DNA of 63,532 bases, counting the filler, from Globobulimina sp. (Eukaryota): NCBI GenBank assembly GCA_003354225.1. It is 42 parts of 42 records of this genome, joined end to end, with 100 filler letters (N's around TTAATTAATTAA, not from the genome) between each part and the next. Parts side by side here need not be neighbours in the genome. Positions count along the whole stretch, not along the records: positions 36,378 to 37,792 come from PIVH01017044.1; positions 37,893 to 39,307 come from PIVH01017045.1; positions 39,408 to 40,822 come from PIVH01017046.1; positions 40,923 to 42,336 come from PIVH01017047.1; positions 42,437 to 43,850 come from PIVH01017048.1; positions 43,951 to 45,364 come from PIVH01017049.1; positions 45,465 to 46,878 come from PIVH01017050.1; positions 46,979 to 48,392 come from PIVH01017051.1; 34 more parts are not named here. One strand, 5' to 3'. Position numbers and translations under genes: made by a program. The first letter of the stretch is position 1, and each line of letters opens with the position of its first letter. The notes beneath the pieces were generated by a model, which did no database searches, was not told the DNA's origin, and was given only the letters and a program-made list of their open reading frames with translations. This document shows positions 36,637-48,851 of the stretch, one piece after another.

Positions 36637-37239
36637 TTAATTTTGATAATTTTTTCTTTTAGTTTTTAGTTTTTTTTTAGTTGATTTTTTGTTGGATTTT
36701 TTTGAGTGTTTTCTTCGTTTTTTTGTTTCTGTCTGCAATGAATCCGATGTAGGCAATGACTCCGTTAAATTGATATAATCACTGTCTTCATCATTATTAT
36801 CCGTACTATCAACGGATAATATATTTATATTATAATTGTTTTCATTTTTTTTATGTTTTTTAATTTGTTTTTTTAAATTGGACCTATTTTTTATTTTTCT
36901 GTGCATGAGACAAAAATGTTCGCGTTTATTCGTTCTTATCGCTTGGAAATATCTCTCCTCAAACCCTGACTTTGAGAGACAAATTCTGCATTCATAATTC
37001 TCACAGTGTGTCATATCAATCACATAAGTATAATCACATGAATATGCTTCATTTTCTATGTCACTTTTCCAGTTATCACCTTTACATTGACACATCCAAT
37101 AAGTATGAGATGCTTTTTCATCTTCAGCAGCATCATTATTATTATCACTTGATTCTGTTTTTAGTTCTTCTAATTTACGTTTGTTTGATGTTTGCTTGGT
37201 ACGTGACCTTGTTTGATATGAAAAATTTGATGAATTCAT
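36637..37239 (-). CDS. Hypothetical Cys/His- and Lys-rich protein
   Basis: 200-aa ORF with a Cys cluster. Coding-like sequence seems to continue to the contig edge. Confidence 0.45.
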   Translation of the reverse strand: MNSSNFSYQTRSRTKQTSNKRKLEELKTESSDNNNDAAEDEKASHTYWMCQCKGDNWKSDIENEAYSCDYTYVIDMTHCENYECRICLSKSGFEERYFQAIRTNKREHFCLMHRKIKNRSNLKKQIKKHKKNENNYNINILSVDSTDNNDEDSDYINLTESLPTSDSLQTETKKRRKHSKKSNKKSTKKKLKTKRKNYQN

Positions 37240-38136
37240 TTTGAAAGAATGAACAGCAAAGTAGTGAAGTACTTTTTCAACAAATTTGAATGTTAATTGC
37301 CAATCAATTCACACACTATGCAAGAGGTTATGTGGTTGTTACAAAACATATACCAAAAACAAGTTATAATTATCAACTTCTCAACCTCTGAACCTCTGAG
37401 CTTTTCAACATCTGAACCTCTCAACCTCTGACTTTAATGCATTCCTTCAATTGATCAACTTGTGGATTTCCGCAGGACTGCAGTCACAACACCAGCTTCT
37501 CTCGCTACAACAATACCTACACTGTTTCTCCCTAAGACAAATAAATGTTATTATAACTTATTAGCGCTGACAAATATACGACAAAACTTTACAGTGAACT
37601 TTACAGTTTTCGCGTTTTTATACTCTGCATATATTCGTAGTTATGCATTCGGAGTTATGCATATTGCATTCGGAGTTATGCATATGAATATATGACATAG
37701 TTGGTTGATAGTTATAATCATCAAATTATTTCATGTATGTTTTAATTGCATTGTGTCGCGTTTTACAATGTTAAAATTAGTATTTATAATTTNNNNNNNN
37801 NNNNNNNNNNNNNNNNNNNNNNNNNNNNNNNNNNNNTTAATTAATTAANNNNNNNNNNNNNNNNNNNNNNNNNNNNNNNNNNNNNNNNNNNNATGTAGGG
37901 TAATAAAAGTGTTTTTCGTTTCTATTTTATTTAATAAAACAGTTCCATGTCGGCTATAAAAAACAAATAAAGTTACTTTTATGGCGTTTTTATGTAAACA
38001 CAGTGCAGTTGAATATTGCTTTTTTTGATAGGCAAAACATGGTGTATCCAAAAACATTTTGATATGTATATCCTATCACAAAAACAGTCGAACTCTAAAA
38101 ACAATCCTTTCGTTTCACTCTAAGCATTGTGCCAGT

Positions 38137-39307
38137 ATGCCGATTCATATTAAAGTAATATATGGCGATGAAAAGGGTGAGGATGTGTTTGCATTTCAAT
38201 TGCCACCAACACAGAAAACATTCCTCCAAAGACACAGAGCCGCCACCACAATATTATGGTGTGTCCAGTATCCATATCAATTTACTCAATGTATCCACCA
38301 CCACATATATTAAAACTCAATGCAGCGATTTAAAACGCAAAATTGCTGAAAAAAAACGTATCTCGCCAATCGAACAAGATTTAACATTTAGTAACACCTC
38401 GACATCCTTTGATGATATGCTATCGAGCTCCTTATATCCGACCGTGTTTTGTTCAAAAAGGAAGCGCCATCCCTCAGACTCCATCATTGTCCATTCATGG
38501 AACGAAGCACAACATACAATCTCCGTGGATACAAAGGACAGCGTAATCGACTTAAAATTCTTATTAGCCCAACAACTCAAAACCGCACCGGAATACATCC
38601 ATTTTGTCTTGAATTATACCGAGAGAATATTCAATAATTCAGCCAGTTTAATTAAATCCGGCTTTTTAGCAAATAACACCCAACAAACTGTTGTTACGTA
38701 TTGGTTGGAAATGCCCTGCTTAGACAGCGCCAAACCATCGGAATTTATCATTCGCAGTCAACCAAAATTAGCGACAATCCCAGCTTATATGTCCAATGTC
38801 GGCAAAGCACTCCGCTTTTATGCCAAGAAATTCCCTCAGCATGCATTCTTAGGTAACGTTTGCTATACATTCCATTCCCATTTCCTATACACACCGCACT
38901 GCTTTTACCTGACCAGGAACCAGAAAATGGAGCGCAAGCAGCACGCGCGGAGAGTACGAATGGCTGAGCTACGCGGAATTAGATCATATGGTCTCATGCT
39001 TAGCCACCGGCTTTGTCCGCGGCTTGGGCTTGCCGTTGGGCACTAAAATGGGAATTTGTTCCAGTAACAGAGCCGAATGGGTCGTAGCTGACTATGCCGG
39101 ACATACACAAGGTTTCATCACAGTGCCTCTGTACGACACATTGGCCAAAAACGCCATTGAATACATCGTGAATCATGCGTCTGTCGCCATCATTGTGTGC
39201 GACAAAGCCATCTTAGCCGAAGTCGTGGAGGCCCAGAAAATATGCCCCAGCTTGAAACACATTGTTTTGATGGACTTACAGGCGCCGGAACGAAAGTGGA
39301 TTGATGA
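38137..39307 (+). CDS. Two ubiquitin-like domains fused to a long-chain acyl-CoA synthetase (introns 38259..38325 and 38853..38916; 3' partial)
   Basis: Spliced sequence: MPIHIKV..TILCDLKRKIAEKKRISPIEQDLTF; SVIDLKFLLAQQL; AFLGTR..YEWLSY..GICSSNRAEW..VPLYDTL..AIEYIVNHA. Confidence 0.8.
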
Positions 39308-39407
39308 NNNNNNNNNNNNNNNNNNNNNNNNNNNNNNNNNNNNNNNNNNNNTTAATTAATTAANNNNNNNNNNNNNNNNNNNNNNNNNNNNNNNNNNNNN
39401 NNNNNNN

Positions 39408-39722
39408 ATTGAAATGGATATAGATATGGATTTGGATGAAAAGGAGGATAAAAAATTTGATATTTTTGATGCTGATGGAAAATGTACATTGGAATTGGAT
39501 GTCGATAATTGTATGTTTTATAGGCATGAAAGTGAAAAAGAAATGTGGCAAAATTGGACTTTGTTGAAAAGGGAATTTCGAGGACATGTGGTCCGCCATA
39601 GTTCATGGGCGAAAAACAAAAAACAAGATGAGCAGTTTGATAAATTGATTGAAGATAACAAGGAGTATAAGCATAATAGTTATAAACATAGAGCCAAGAA
39701 GCGCAGACGTGGAGATTATTAA
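39408..39722 (+). CDS. Hypothetical protein C-terminus
   Basis: Open frame from the contig edge with a basic tail. Confidence 0.45.
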   Translation: MEMDIDMDLDEKEDKKFDIFDADGKCTLELDVDNCMFYRHESEKEMWQNWTLLKREFRGHVVRHSSWAKNKKQDEQFDKLIEDNKEYKHNSYKHRAKKRRRGDY

Positions 39723-39943
39723 TTGTAAACTAACGTTTTTTTCAATTTGACTCCACTGTATACATTCTCAAAAGTCAGCAACGATGTGTCCTTTTAGTTT
39801 TTGTTTCTTTTTAATTGTATGCTGTCAGATAAATTTAAACAAATGCTTTGACTTCGAATGGGGATCCTTGGAAGGTGATGAATCTATGAAATCAACTACA
39901 CATCAATACATATATATATATTTAATCAGAAAATCCAGCATTT

Positions 39944-40444
39944 GTGGAAGTTGATTGTAATATATTTCCAACCGAAAGTTACTGTAACAATCAATCAAAC
40001 GATTGGTGTAAATGGGATGGATCAAAATGCGACAAAAATTATGATTCGTTATTATTCTCTTCTACGTTGGACACTATATTGATTTCGAGAGGCTTATCCA
40101 CATATATTACAGTCTCAGGTTTAATGATTCTGTATTGGATATCGGGTATAATCGTTAAAAAATTGAAAATGTTTAAACGTGTTGACTCTGATAAATTGAA
40201 TAAATGTCAAATTTATATTTTTGAGCTGTTCACATTAACTGTTGGATTGGTTTACATTTTGTACACAAATGTATTTGGAGTTTTGTTCGATGCAAACAGT
40301 TTTTCAGATATTACACCTGAAGAAGCTATGAATTTAACGAGAGGGATTGCAGGAGCATTTATTATTGCTTACGTAGTATGTTTTGTTATTATATGGCAAG
40401 AAACCAGAAGTAGAGCGTCTGTCTTTGTACCAATTGTGCTGTAA
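39944..40444 (+). CDS. Multi-pass membrane protein exon
   Basis: Cys-rich segment followed by three hydrophobic helices. An AG acceptor lies just upstream. Confidence 0.5.
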   Translation: MEVDCNIFPTESYCNNQSNDWCKWDGSKCDKNYDSLLFSSTLDTILISRGLSTYITVSGLMILYWISGIIVKKLKMFKRVDSDKLNKCQIYIFELFTLTVGLVYILYTNVFGVLFDANSFSDITPEEAMNLTRGIAGAFIIAYVVCFVIIWQETRSRASVFVPIVL

Positions 40445-41549
40445 ATACCATTGATTTGCAAACACAATATGGACAAATAGAAACAATATACTGTCACATG
40501 ACAACGCTACACTGTCAGATAGAAACAATATAGTGTCAAATATACTTGCGAGTATGTGCAGTATATTGTTTCAGTTGTACGTACAACCTTGTTTTAGATT
40601 TATTGCATGGCTCTGAAAATTCTTGCCATATACTATATATTATATGGAAAGTTTTTTTATTCAGTTCAATTTAGCTTCTGTCCAGTTGATTTTCTAAACT
40701 TTCTTTTTACAAATAAACATCCGCCATGGTTGAAACTCTGTAGCATTCAAGTTTTTTTTCGATTACTGCCCTGAAAAAAAAATTAAACGGTTTTTATGAT
40801 TTCAGTGTGTCAGCAGATTTAGNNNNNNNNNNNNNNNNNNNNNNNNNNNNNNNNNNNNNNNNNNNNTTAATTAATTAANNNNNNNNNNNNNNNNNNNNNN
40901 NNNNNNNNNNNNNNNNNNNNNNTGCTGTTTATACGGTTCAAGTACACCAATTAATATTAATTCAATCACAAAAATGGCTGCAATCATAATACAATCTAAA
41001 ATTTTTGCTTGATTACTTCTTTCAAATGTTACAGTCTGTAAATCTAAAGTACCATAATTGCTACTTTTTCGTTTCACTTGGTTTTCGTTGTTTGGATCCA
41101 TCAAAATCTTACCTTGTTTTGTCTGTTGTTTTGAAACATTTTTGCAGTTATTTTGAGTCGGAATTAGTGTAATTATATAAAGTGGATTATGATTATCATG
41201 AATTGTGATGAAAATCAGCTACCTACCGCCTACACCGCGTTTATATCCTTCAGCTGTCTTTTTTTGTTCTTGTACAGTAGTGCCATGTTCCCGATAAGAT
41301 ATACGTGTATGATCCCATAATATATATTAAAATTATGTGACGTGATATATTTCAAGTCAAAATATCGACCGGTGGGGGTTATCTATTAAGACTTATTGTT
41401 AAGTTGTCAGACTTGCCAAATTTTCTAGTTTAACTTTGTGATCGATCCTTCTCAACAATTAAGTTATGTCTTCACTATCCAGAATAGCGTGTATACTAAT
41501 GTCAGAATTTAATATTTAGGTTAAAAATTAGCAAAAAGCGTGTCAGAAT

Positions 41550-42317
41550 ATGCCTCATAGTATATTTCATTCCACAATATTGACATTATCAACATTCATT
41601 TCAGTATCCTCACCAAGTGATGATTATTGTGCGACCGGATTTGATGCCAGCGGTTATAATGGTGTATATGTGAAGGTTGATGAACCTGTATACAGTCAAC
41701 AATACAATGAGCTGTATAGTAGCGATTATGTTGAGATTAATGAACCTGTATATTATGGATTATCATCAGAGCATAGATACTTGTTTAGATATTATTGTGA
41801 TGCTTATTCCTGTCAGGGTTATTCGTGGAGATTAGGTCACAACACACGTGGTGTTACACCACTTTTAATATGTGATAGTTCCAGCACTTCCCCTCCTTCT
41901 GAATGTGAATGGTATTCTCCGGGATTCACTGCCACCCAATCTGTACATATTACTCCAGGCGACTGCGCCACTACAACCACACTATTATTGTCGTCTGAGC
42001 CGGATGGCGATGTTTCGGCAGCAAAATCATTGTCATCTGAAACAACAGTCATCTTAATTTCTGGAGTTGCATCTGTTATAATTATTTGTTGTGTGTGTTG
42101 TTTATATCTCAATCGCTCCAAATCAAAAAACAAAACATCCAAAGAAGTAGCAGTGGAAACGGATAAAACTCGAAATTTTCATCCAGAAATAAATACAGGT
42201 GATGGAGATGAAGAAGCTGAAGCTGACAATAACTGTGAGCTGGAGGTAAATACTGCAGATCTAGAAAATGAAGGGGTGGAAGGAGATGAAATAAGAACAG
42301 TTGTTACTGTCCAATAA
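41550..42317 (+). CDS. Type I membrane protein
   Basis: Signal peptide, Cys/Tyr-rich ectodomain, TM helix with a Cys cluster, and an acidic tail. Confidence 0.75.
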   Translation: MPHSIFHSTILTLSTFISVSSPSDDYCATGFDASGYNGVYVKVDEPVYSQQYNELYSSDYVEINEPVYYGLSSEHRYLFRYYCDAYSCQGYSWRLGHNTRGVTPLLICDSSSTSPPSECEWYSPGFTATQSVHITPGDCATTTTLLLSSEPDGDVSAAKSLSSETTVILISGVASVIIICCVCCLYLNRSKSKNKTSKEVAVETDKTRNFHPEINTGDGDEEAEADNNCELEVNTADLENEGVEGDEIRTVVTVQ

Positions 42318-43952
42318 TAGTTCCATTTTGAATTCGNNNNNNNNNNNNNNNNNNNNNNNNNNNNNNNNNNNNNNNNNNNNTTAATTAATTAANNNNNNNN
42401 NNNNNNNNNNNNNNNNNNNNNNNNNNNNNNNNNNNNCCTTTGGCGGAGGATGTCATTGCGTTAATTGTGGAATGGTCGGCAACGGATTATTTGCACATTG
42501 TAGAATGTTCAGGCTGCAAACATTGGCGTATAGCGGTGAGTGAAATTTTAAATTATTTGAAACCAATATAATGTAATAAATGCTACTCAAAAACCGTGTG
42601 CGCCTTACTGTCATGGCTCCCAGTCTCAAGCTAAAGCTACAGGGGCGTACCATCTTCTGTATGAATTTATTTGGCGGCTTAATTCAACCGTACCTGATAC
42701 AAAACATACACGAGCAATCACGTCGTTATTTCCCAAACCGGCCATTCGATCCACAATCAAAGATGAACCGCAATTCGTGCAAATCAATCAACAATTTATA
42801 ACATCAACAATTAACAATAATTGATCAATAAAAACTGTGCCCAATTGCTAATTGTTAGCAATGTATTTTTGTATCTCTTTGCCTGATACTGCTCACTTTG
42901 ATGGCGTAGTGCTGACTCTCTGTATGTACCACTGAAGCCGTTCTTCGGTCAGTTCACTGTGCTGCACTCTGTGAGGTAGTGGCTCGACGCCGTGTTTTGA
43001 GTGATTTGGTTCATTGTTGTCAGTCAATTGGTTTTTGCATTGGTGATAGTAAGTGCCTTGCTGCAAAAGGCTATGTCCTCCGCCTTCAGCTATTTCCGAT
43101 ACGGTACGCTGTCGTGATATTTTTGATAGTATCCACAATCAACAGCAAATTCGCAACGACAATTTAATACAACCAGAAATTACCAGAAATTAAAGCATAA
43201 TGACAATGAAAGCAAAGGAGAGCATAGACAAATTTATTCAGTATGAAATATGTTTTTGTTTATTTGTCAATTTATTTGTTTACTAAATGGTTTATGCCGC
43301 AAAGCCGTATAATTATACGTGGTTTAAGGCATTGTTTCTGTGATAAATTAGGTTTTGGTGCAAAAGAATTGATTGAAAAAGAATTGAAGAATGAATTGAG
43401 GCAAACCACTGAAATTATACAAGTTAACAAAACAAATAAATATATTTCAAGCACAAATTAAACGACGATTTGCAATCACAAAACATCAAACAATTTAGAA
43501 TTGGAATTGTGGCGAATGCAAACACAGCGACAACGAGAGGCCTTTACCGGCGTTATTTGATCGACCTCAATCTTCCGGATTTGAGTGGGATTTTGAAGCT
43601 GATGATGACGACGAAACAGTCAATGAGTCAATGACAATCAAATAATAATATTTACAAACAACAAAAAATTGAAACAAACCAAACAAACAATCACATACAT
43701 TCAAAAAGTAATAAATCTTGTCTCCGTCCACCACTATCACTTGTTTGTTGCATTGATATTTTTATTTTTGGATATTTAATATTTAATGATGATGAGATTG
43801 ATGAATATACATAAAATAACCAACTTCGTCTATCTCCACCTTCTTCTTCTNNNNNNNNNNNNNNNNNNNNNNNNNNNNNNNNNNNNNNNNNNNNTTAATT
43901 AATTAANNNNNNNNNNNNNNNNNNNNNNNNNNNNNNNNNNNNNNNNNNNNCG

Positions 43953-44807
43953 GAGCATGAAAAGGTATTGAAATCGCAATGGTTATCTTTTAAGAAAATC
44001 TGGGAGGATAAGAAACGTTTATTTTGGTATATGTTGGCGATCTCCTTATTGTTCGTAGGGATCCTCGGGTTAAGAGGGGCTGAGTGTTACGAGAATAACA
44101 ATAAAGCATATATTGGTTATGGGATTTACTTGTCGGACTTAGATTTTTTTTGGATAGATGAGGAAGGAAGGACAGTAAATTCTATTTATCAGAGCAATGC
44201 GTATTCCCTGGCTTTGGATAAATTGCATCATCTTCGGATTAGATTGAGGAACTCCAAAGGGAAGACCAAAGGGAAGGATGTGATGTTAAGGATTGGGAGA
44301 ACAAATAATAAAATAGATCCGGTGGTAATATTATATCATATTTATAATACACAAAAAAGAGATCTTAAAAAGATCCATAAGAAAAGTTTGAATGGATATT
44401 ATTTGTTTCAACCAATTAAAAGAAGCTTTAAATTGAGAACAATTAAAAAATATTGGAAGAAGGTAATATTTGAGATGGATTTCTGGGAGCCGGAGAGATA
44501 CAGATTTCATGGATTAAGAAAAGGTTTCGCGACGACTCTTCAGCAAAAAGGGGTACCGCTGAGTTTGATAGCTTTTGCGGGGAGATGGAAGCTAACAGCT
44601 GCCATATATAGATATTTAATACATACACAGAGGGACTTAATATGTTTAGCAAATGTATTTATTTATGGTAAGAATAAAAATAGGATAGCTTTGGATATGG
44701 ATGCGAATGAATGTGATTTGGTTAGGCATTTTAATGATAACCAGGAGCAATTTGATATGGAGTTTATAAATGAATACCAATCAAAATTATGTGATTACGA
44801 GTTATAG
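43953..44807 (+). mobile_element. Tyrosine recombinase of a YR element (DIRS/Ngaro/VIPER or Crypton type; 5' partial)
   Basis: Complete catalytic set: GLRGAE (R), SKGK (K), HGLRKGFAT (HxxR), AGRW (W) and YRY (Y). Confidence 0.88.
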
Positions 44808-45710
44808 GGTTTGATTGGTGGGGGGAATTAAGTTGGTTGTAATTAATTGAATGAAATTAGGCGATGTGGAGCTATATTGATATTTAATATTGATTTATAT
44901 ATAGTATGATGTATATTGATTATGAACGAGATGGAGATTGGTGTAGTATTTGTTGTTGTCAATATGTATTATATGGTATAATTAATTAAAGTTAAATTAA
45001 TGTTATTTTATCCACATCGAATATATTGATTATAAAACTGAACGTTGTGTAAACGACGAAAGTTTCATTCAATTATGAGAAGACTCAAGTAACTGACTGG
45101 AAAGTTTTTGTTTGTTTGTGTTTGTTGAATTACTTCTTTCTTTTATTTTATTTTTAAACAAAAGTGAGAGATTAGAGAGAATTAGGGCTATATAATAAGT
45201 CGCGTGCGAAAGTTAGTATTTCTTCTCGCAAACAGTCAGATTATTTGTTGAGATAACTTGAGGATATTCGCAAATATGGCTTTAGGTTTAATTAATAGCA
45301 TTTCAAAGGCGAAGGCGCATGCCCTTAGGAAGGGTTTAAAAATAAGAGATTTGGATGCGTGGTTNNNNNNNNNNNNNNNNNNNNNNNNNNNNNNNNNNNN
45401 NNNNNNNNTTAATTAATTAANNNNNNNNNNNNNNNNNNNNNNNNNNNNNNNNNNNNNNNNNNNNTTTCTTTTGTCGAATTAACACTACGATTACGACGAA
45501 ACATAGTTCACCCAGTCACTGATGCATTGGGCAAGAGGTAAAGCTCTCGGAAATCGTAGTTAACCGGGTAGCAGGTAGCAAATCTGTACAAAACAACAAC
45601 ATGAATAACTACCTACACTGCGCGCGCAGATAAAGATTGAAGAAGGAGGTAAGTTGTATACATTTACAGCTTTGTCTTGGGTCAATATGTTGAACGAACG
45701 GATTTAACAA

Positions 45711-46601
45711 TTATAATTTTGCAGTGGCCGAAGCTTTGTCATCCATAATCCATACAACATTTCCAATTGCATTTTGTGTAACAATTCCAGATGGCAACCT
45801 TTGTTTAACTTTCCCGTCCTTATTCGCACAAATCTCAGTAATTTGTTTAACGGCGTCTTTTTTTGACGTTCCGGTAACTACAAATATAATATTTTTTGCA
45901 TTGCATATTAATGGCAAAGTAAATGTAATTCTAAATGGTGGTGGTTTTGGTGAATTTACAATAAAATCTAATACATTTTGAGATTGTAATAGTTTATGTG
46001 CAGGAAATAACGACGCGGTATGTCCATCAGGGCCCATTCCTAAATAAATACAATCAAATGAAGGTATGTTATCTTTATGTTTCTCATCAATGTTAAATTC
46101 TTTTAACATATCATTTAAATATGATTTACATATTTCTTGTGTGGCTTGGCACATTATCTCATTCTCATTGTCCTTATTTTCATTGCTATCATTTTGTTTA
46201 CTTTCTGTCAGTTTTGCATTTTTAATTATTTCTTCATTGATTGGATATACATTCTCTTGTTTAATATTTTTTGCTTTGCTCATAAATTGTAATTGAAATC
46301 CTTTATAATTTGAATCATCACTATCTAATTCAACACATCTTTCATCTGCGAAAAATACTTTCCAGTTTGAAAAATCAATATCGTTTTGGTTTAACTTAAT
46401 TAATTCATCCAATCCATTTGCAAAATTCTTGGAAAATGAACCGCCACTCACTGCGATGCGAAAACATCCGTGCTCTTTTATTGCTTCTTCTGATAATTTC
46501 CTTGTCAATTTAATTGTATCCAAACCAACATTGGTACTCACTTCAAATCTTACATTTCCTTTTCCAGTATTCTCTGATTCATTTATTTTTGCCTCTGCCA
46601 T
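45711..46601 (-). CDS. PGLS: 6-phosphogluconolactonase
   Basis: AVSGGS, FFADERCV..DSN, LGMGPDGHTASLFP and SPKPPPFRITFTLP. Confidence 0.95.
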   Translation of the reverse strand: MAEAKINESENTGKGNVRFEVSTNVGLDTIKLTRKLSEEAIKEHGCFRIAVSGGSFSKNFANGLDELIKLNQNDIDFSNWKVFFADERCVELDSDDSNYKGFQLQFMSKAKNIKQENVYPINEEIIKNAKLTESKQNDSNENKDNENEIMCQATQEICKSYLNDMLKEFNIDEKHKDNIPSFDCIYLGMGPDGHTASLFPAHKLLQSQNVLDFIVNSPKPPPFRITFTLPLICNAKNIIFVVTGTSKKDAVKQITEICANKDGKVKQRLPSGIVTQNAIGNVVWIMDDKASATAKL

Positions 46602-46614
46602 TTATAAAAGTAAC

Positions 46615-46722
46615 GTTTTTTGAAATAAAAGACGGCAAACAACATGTTTTTGAGACAAAAGACAGCAAACAATATGTTTTTGAGATAAAAGACGGCAAAC
46701 AACATGTTTTTGAGACAAAAGA
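46615..46722 (+). repeat. 30-bp tandem repeat, about 3.5 copies
   Basis: Unit GTTTTTGAGA(T/C)AAAAGAC(G/A)GCAAACAA(C/T)AT. Confidence 0.9.
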
Positions 46723-46978
46723 TTATTAGATAACCCTTCACCCCTAGCTGATCGATATAAAGTTGTATACAATAGGGCTTTCCGATAAGTACTGATTTTT
46801 TTGTCAGTTCAAAAACGCTTTTCCACCATAGTCACAATCCTATCGAACAGGTCGTAAATCGCTATGCCTGTGTCTGCANNNNNNNNNNNNNNNNNNNNNN
46901 NNNNNNNNNNNNNNNNNNNNNNTTAATTAATTAANNNNNNNNNNNNNNNNNNNNNNNNNNNNNNNNNNNNNNNNNNNN

Positions 46979-48288
46979 TCATTGGCAATGAGTATGGATA
47001 CTGGCTGTTTGTTATACGTGGCGTTATACCGTAGCGGTAGCGGTTTGCCTATGATGTTTGTTACGTATTCTAATAAGGCGTTATTTTTGGCAACAAATTT
47101 GAACCCAGCGCCAGTTTTGAATACCTTGCCGTGCGTTGGATCAACGTACGTCAAAACACCATCTGTGGCACCTTCAAAGTTGGCAAGCGCGTTATAATAG
47201 GAATTGTCATTGAAAAAGAAGGAGAAGGCAGGCGATGTGAATACGACTGTAGTTGGTGCCATAGTTGGTGCGTTTTCTTGTCTTGTTTTACAAATGGGAG
47301 TATTGGCTAATTCGCGTATAAAATGTAGTCCTTTTGGGACCCAAATAATGTCGGCCATGCGGTCTGTAATGAATACTTTCTGGAAAGCAATGCGGGGATT
47401 AATGGATATTTTTAATTTTTTGTGATGTGCTGTTGCATTTTCCACCCAAATGCTGGCACGCACTTCTTGCATTCTTTTGAATTTGATGATTAATTCAATG
47501 TCATGGGCTTTTTCATTTGGAACCCGGGCCGTTGAGATATTGTCATATGTTTTATACTTTAATTTGGTTTGATTGAACACCAATTGTAATGCGTCAAATT
47601 CGTCGAAAGAAGGGGAGTCGTCTCGGACATATTTTGATGTGCATTTGATTTGAACAGTTTTGGAATGCGGGGAAATGGACTGAATGCCTTTAATATATTT
47701 TAATCGATTCGCCTGAATCGATGGATGTTCAATGGAGAATATTTTGATTGTTTTGGGTGTTTTTTGGGGAGGCGACAATAAATTTGTTGTGGTTTTTTGT
47801 GAGAGGGTGCGTTTGCGCGGATTCTTTAAAAGGGATGTTTTATCAGCAGGAGGAAATGGGATTGGCGAAGGATTGTCATCATCATCAAATGAATAATCAA
47901 GATCTATATAGGGGTGTGATGTTTGTGAAAATATGTAATCTGGTAGCAAATCTATATTGGGGGTATCTTTATAAATTACCTTTGAATTCGTCAGCCATTT
48001 AGGATCTAATGCTTTATTGTGTGCGTACGTTGGAAAGTTTAGGAAAGGAAAGAGTATTGTTTTTCGTTTGTTGATGAAAAAGTCAGAGTGAACCTTACTA
48101 AGACAGTACTCAAATCTGAAATTGGTACTGCGTGCGAGGCAACAGCAAGGTAGTGGACTTATCAATGTGTGTGTGGTGCAGTGGTATGGCTCACAATGAG
48201 TAGTATCACAGGCGATATTATTATTAGAATTAAATAAGTACACAACATAGATACACAACATATAGGTAGAACGGAGAATGGATGACAC
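46979..48288 (-). CDS. Long intronless hypothetical ORF, possibly a retroelement ORF1 (3' partial)
   Basis: About 437 codons open with an A/C-rich coding strand. No diagnostic motif recognised. Confidence 0.45.
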
Positions 48289-48851
48289 ATTAAAGAAACA
48301 CGGGCAAGATACATATAGCCAAAAGCCGTAAAAGAAATGTATGCTGGAGATCGTGTCTAAAAATTTGTGTTGTAACCGGCTGTTCCGTGTGTNNNNNNNN
48401 NNNNNNNNNNNNNNNNNNNNNNNNNNNNNNNNNNNNTTAATTAATTAANNNNNNNNNNNNNNNNNNNNNNNNNNNNNNNNNNNNNNNNNNNNGTATCGAT
48501 TAATAATAAAATACGTAAAAATAAGACAGATAGTCCATGTATTCCAACATAAACTGTGCCGTCAACTTGTTCATTTTGTGCTGGTGCAGCGGTAAATAAT
48601 TCTTGTTGACTGTTTAGATGTTTTAACGAGTATTTGTTAAATAATCGTAGTATGTTATTTAATGTGTAATTGTAGATGTTATCAATTGCATTTTCTTTTG
48701 TTGAAATTAATGATGAGATTGATATTAAATCATCGAAAATTGATTGTTTTTTCTCATCGTTCTTATTTTTGTGGCTAGGTTTTAATACGCTATCCCAAGC
48801 AGGAAATTGATTTTCGAAATAACGAAGGTCTGTCCACATTGTTTTTCGTGA

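Noticed and set aside
42437-43850. Short ORFs on this contig
   Set aside because: No recognisable motifs or consistent gene structure.
46615-46722. 30-bp repeat as a CRISPR array
   Set aside because: No spacers; it is a simple tandem repeat.
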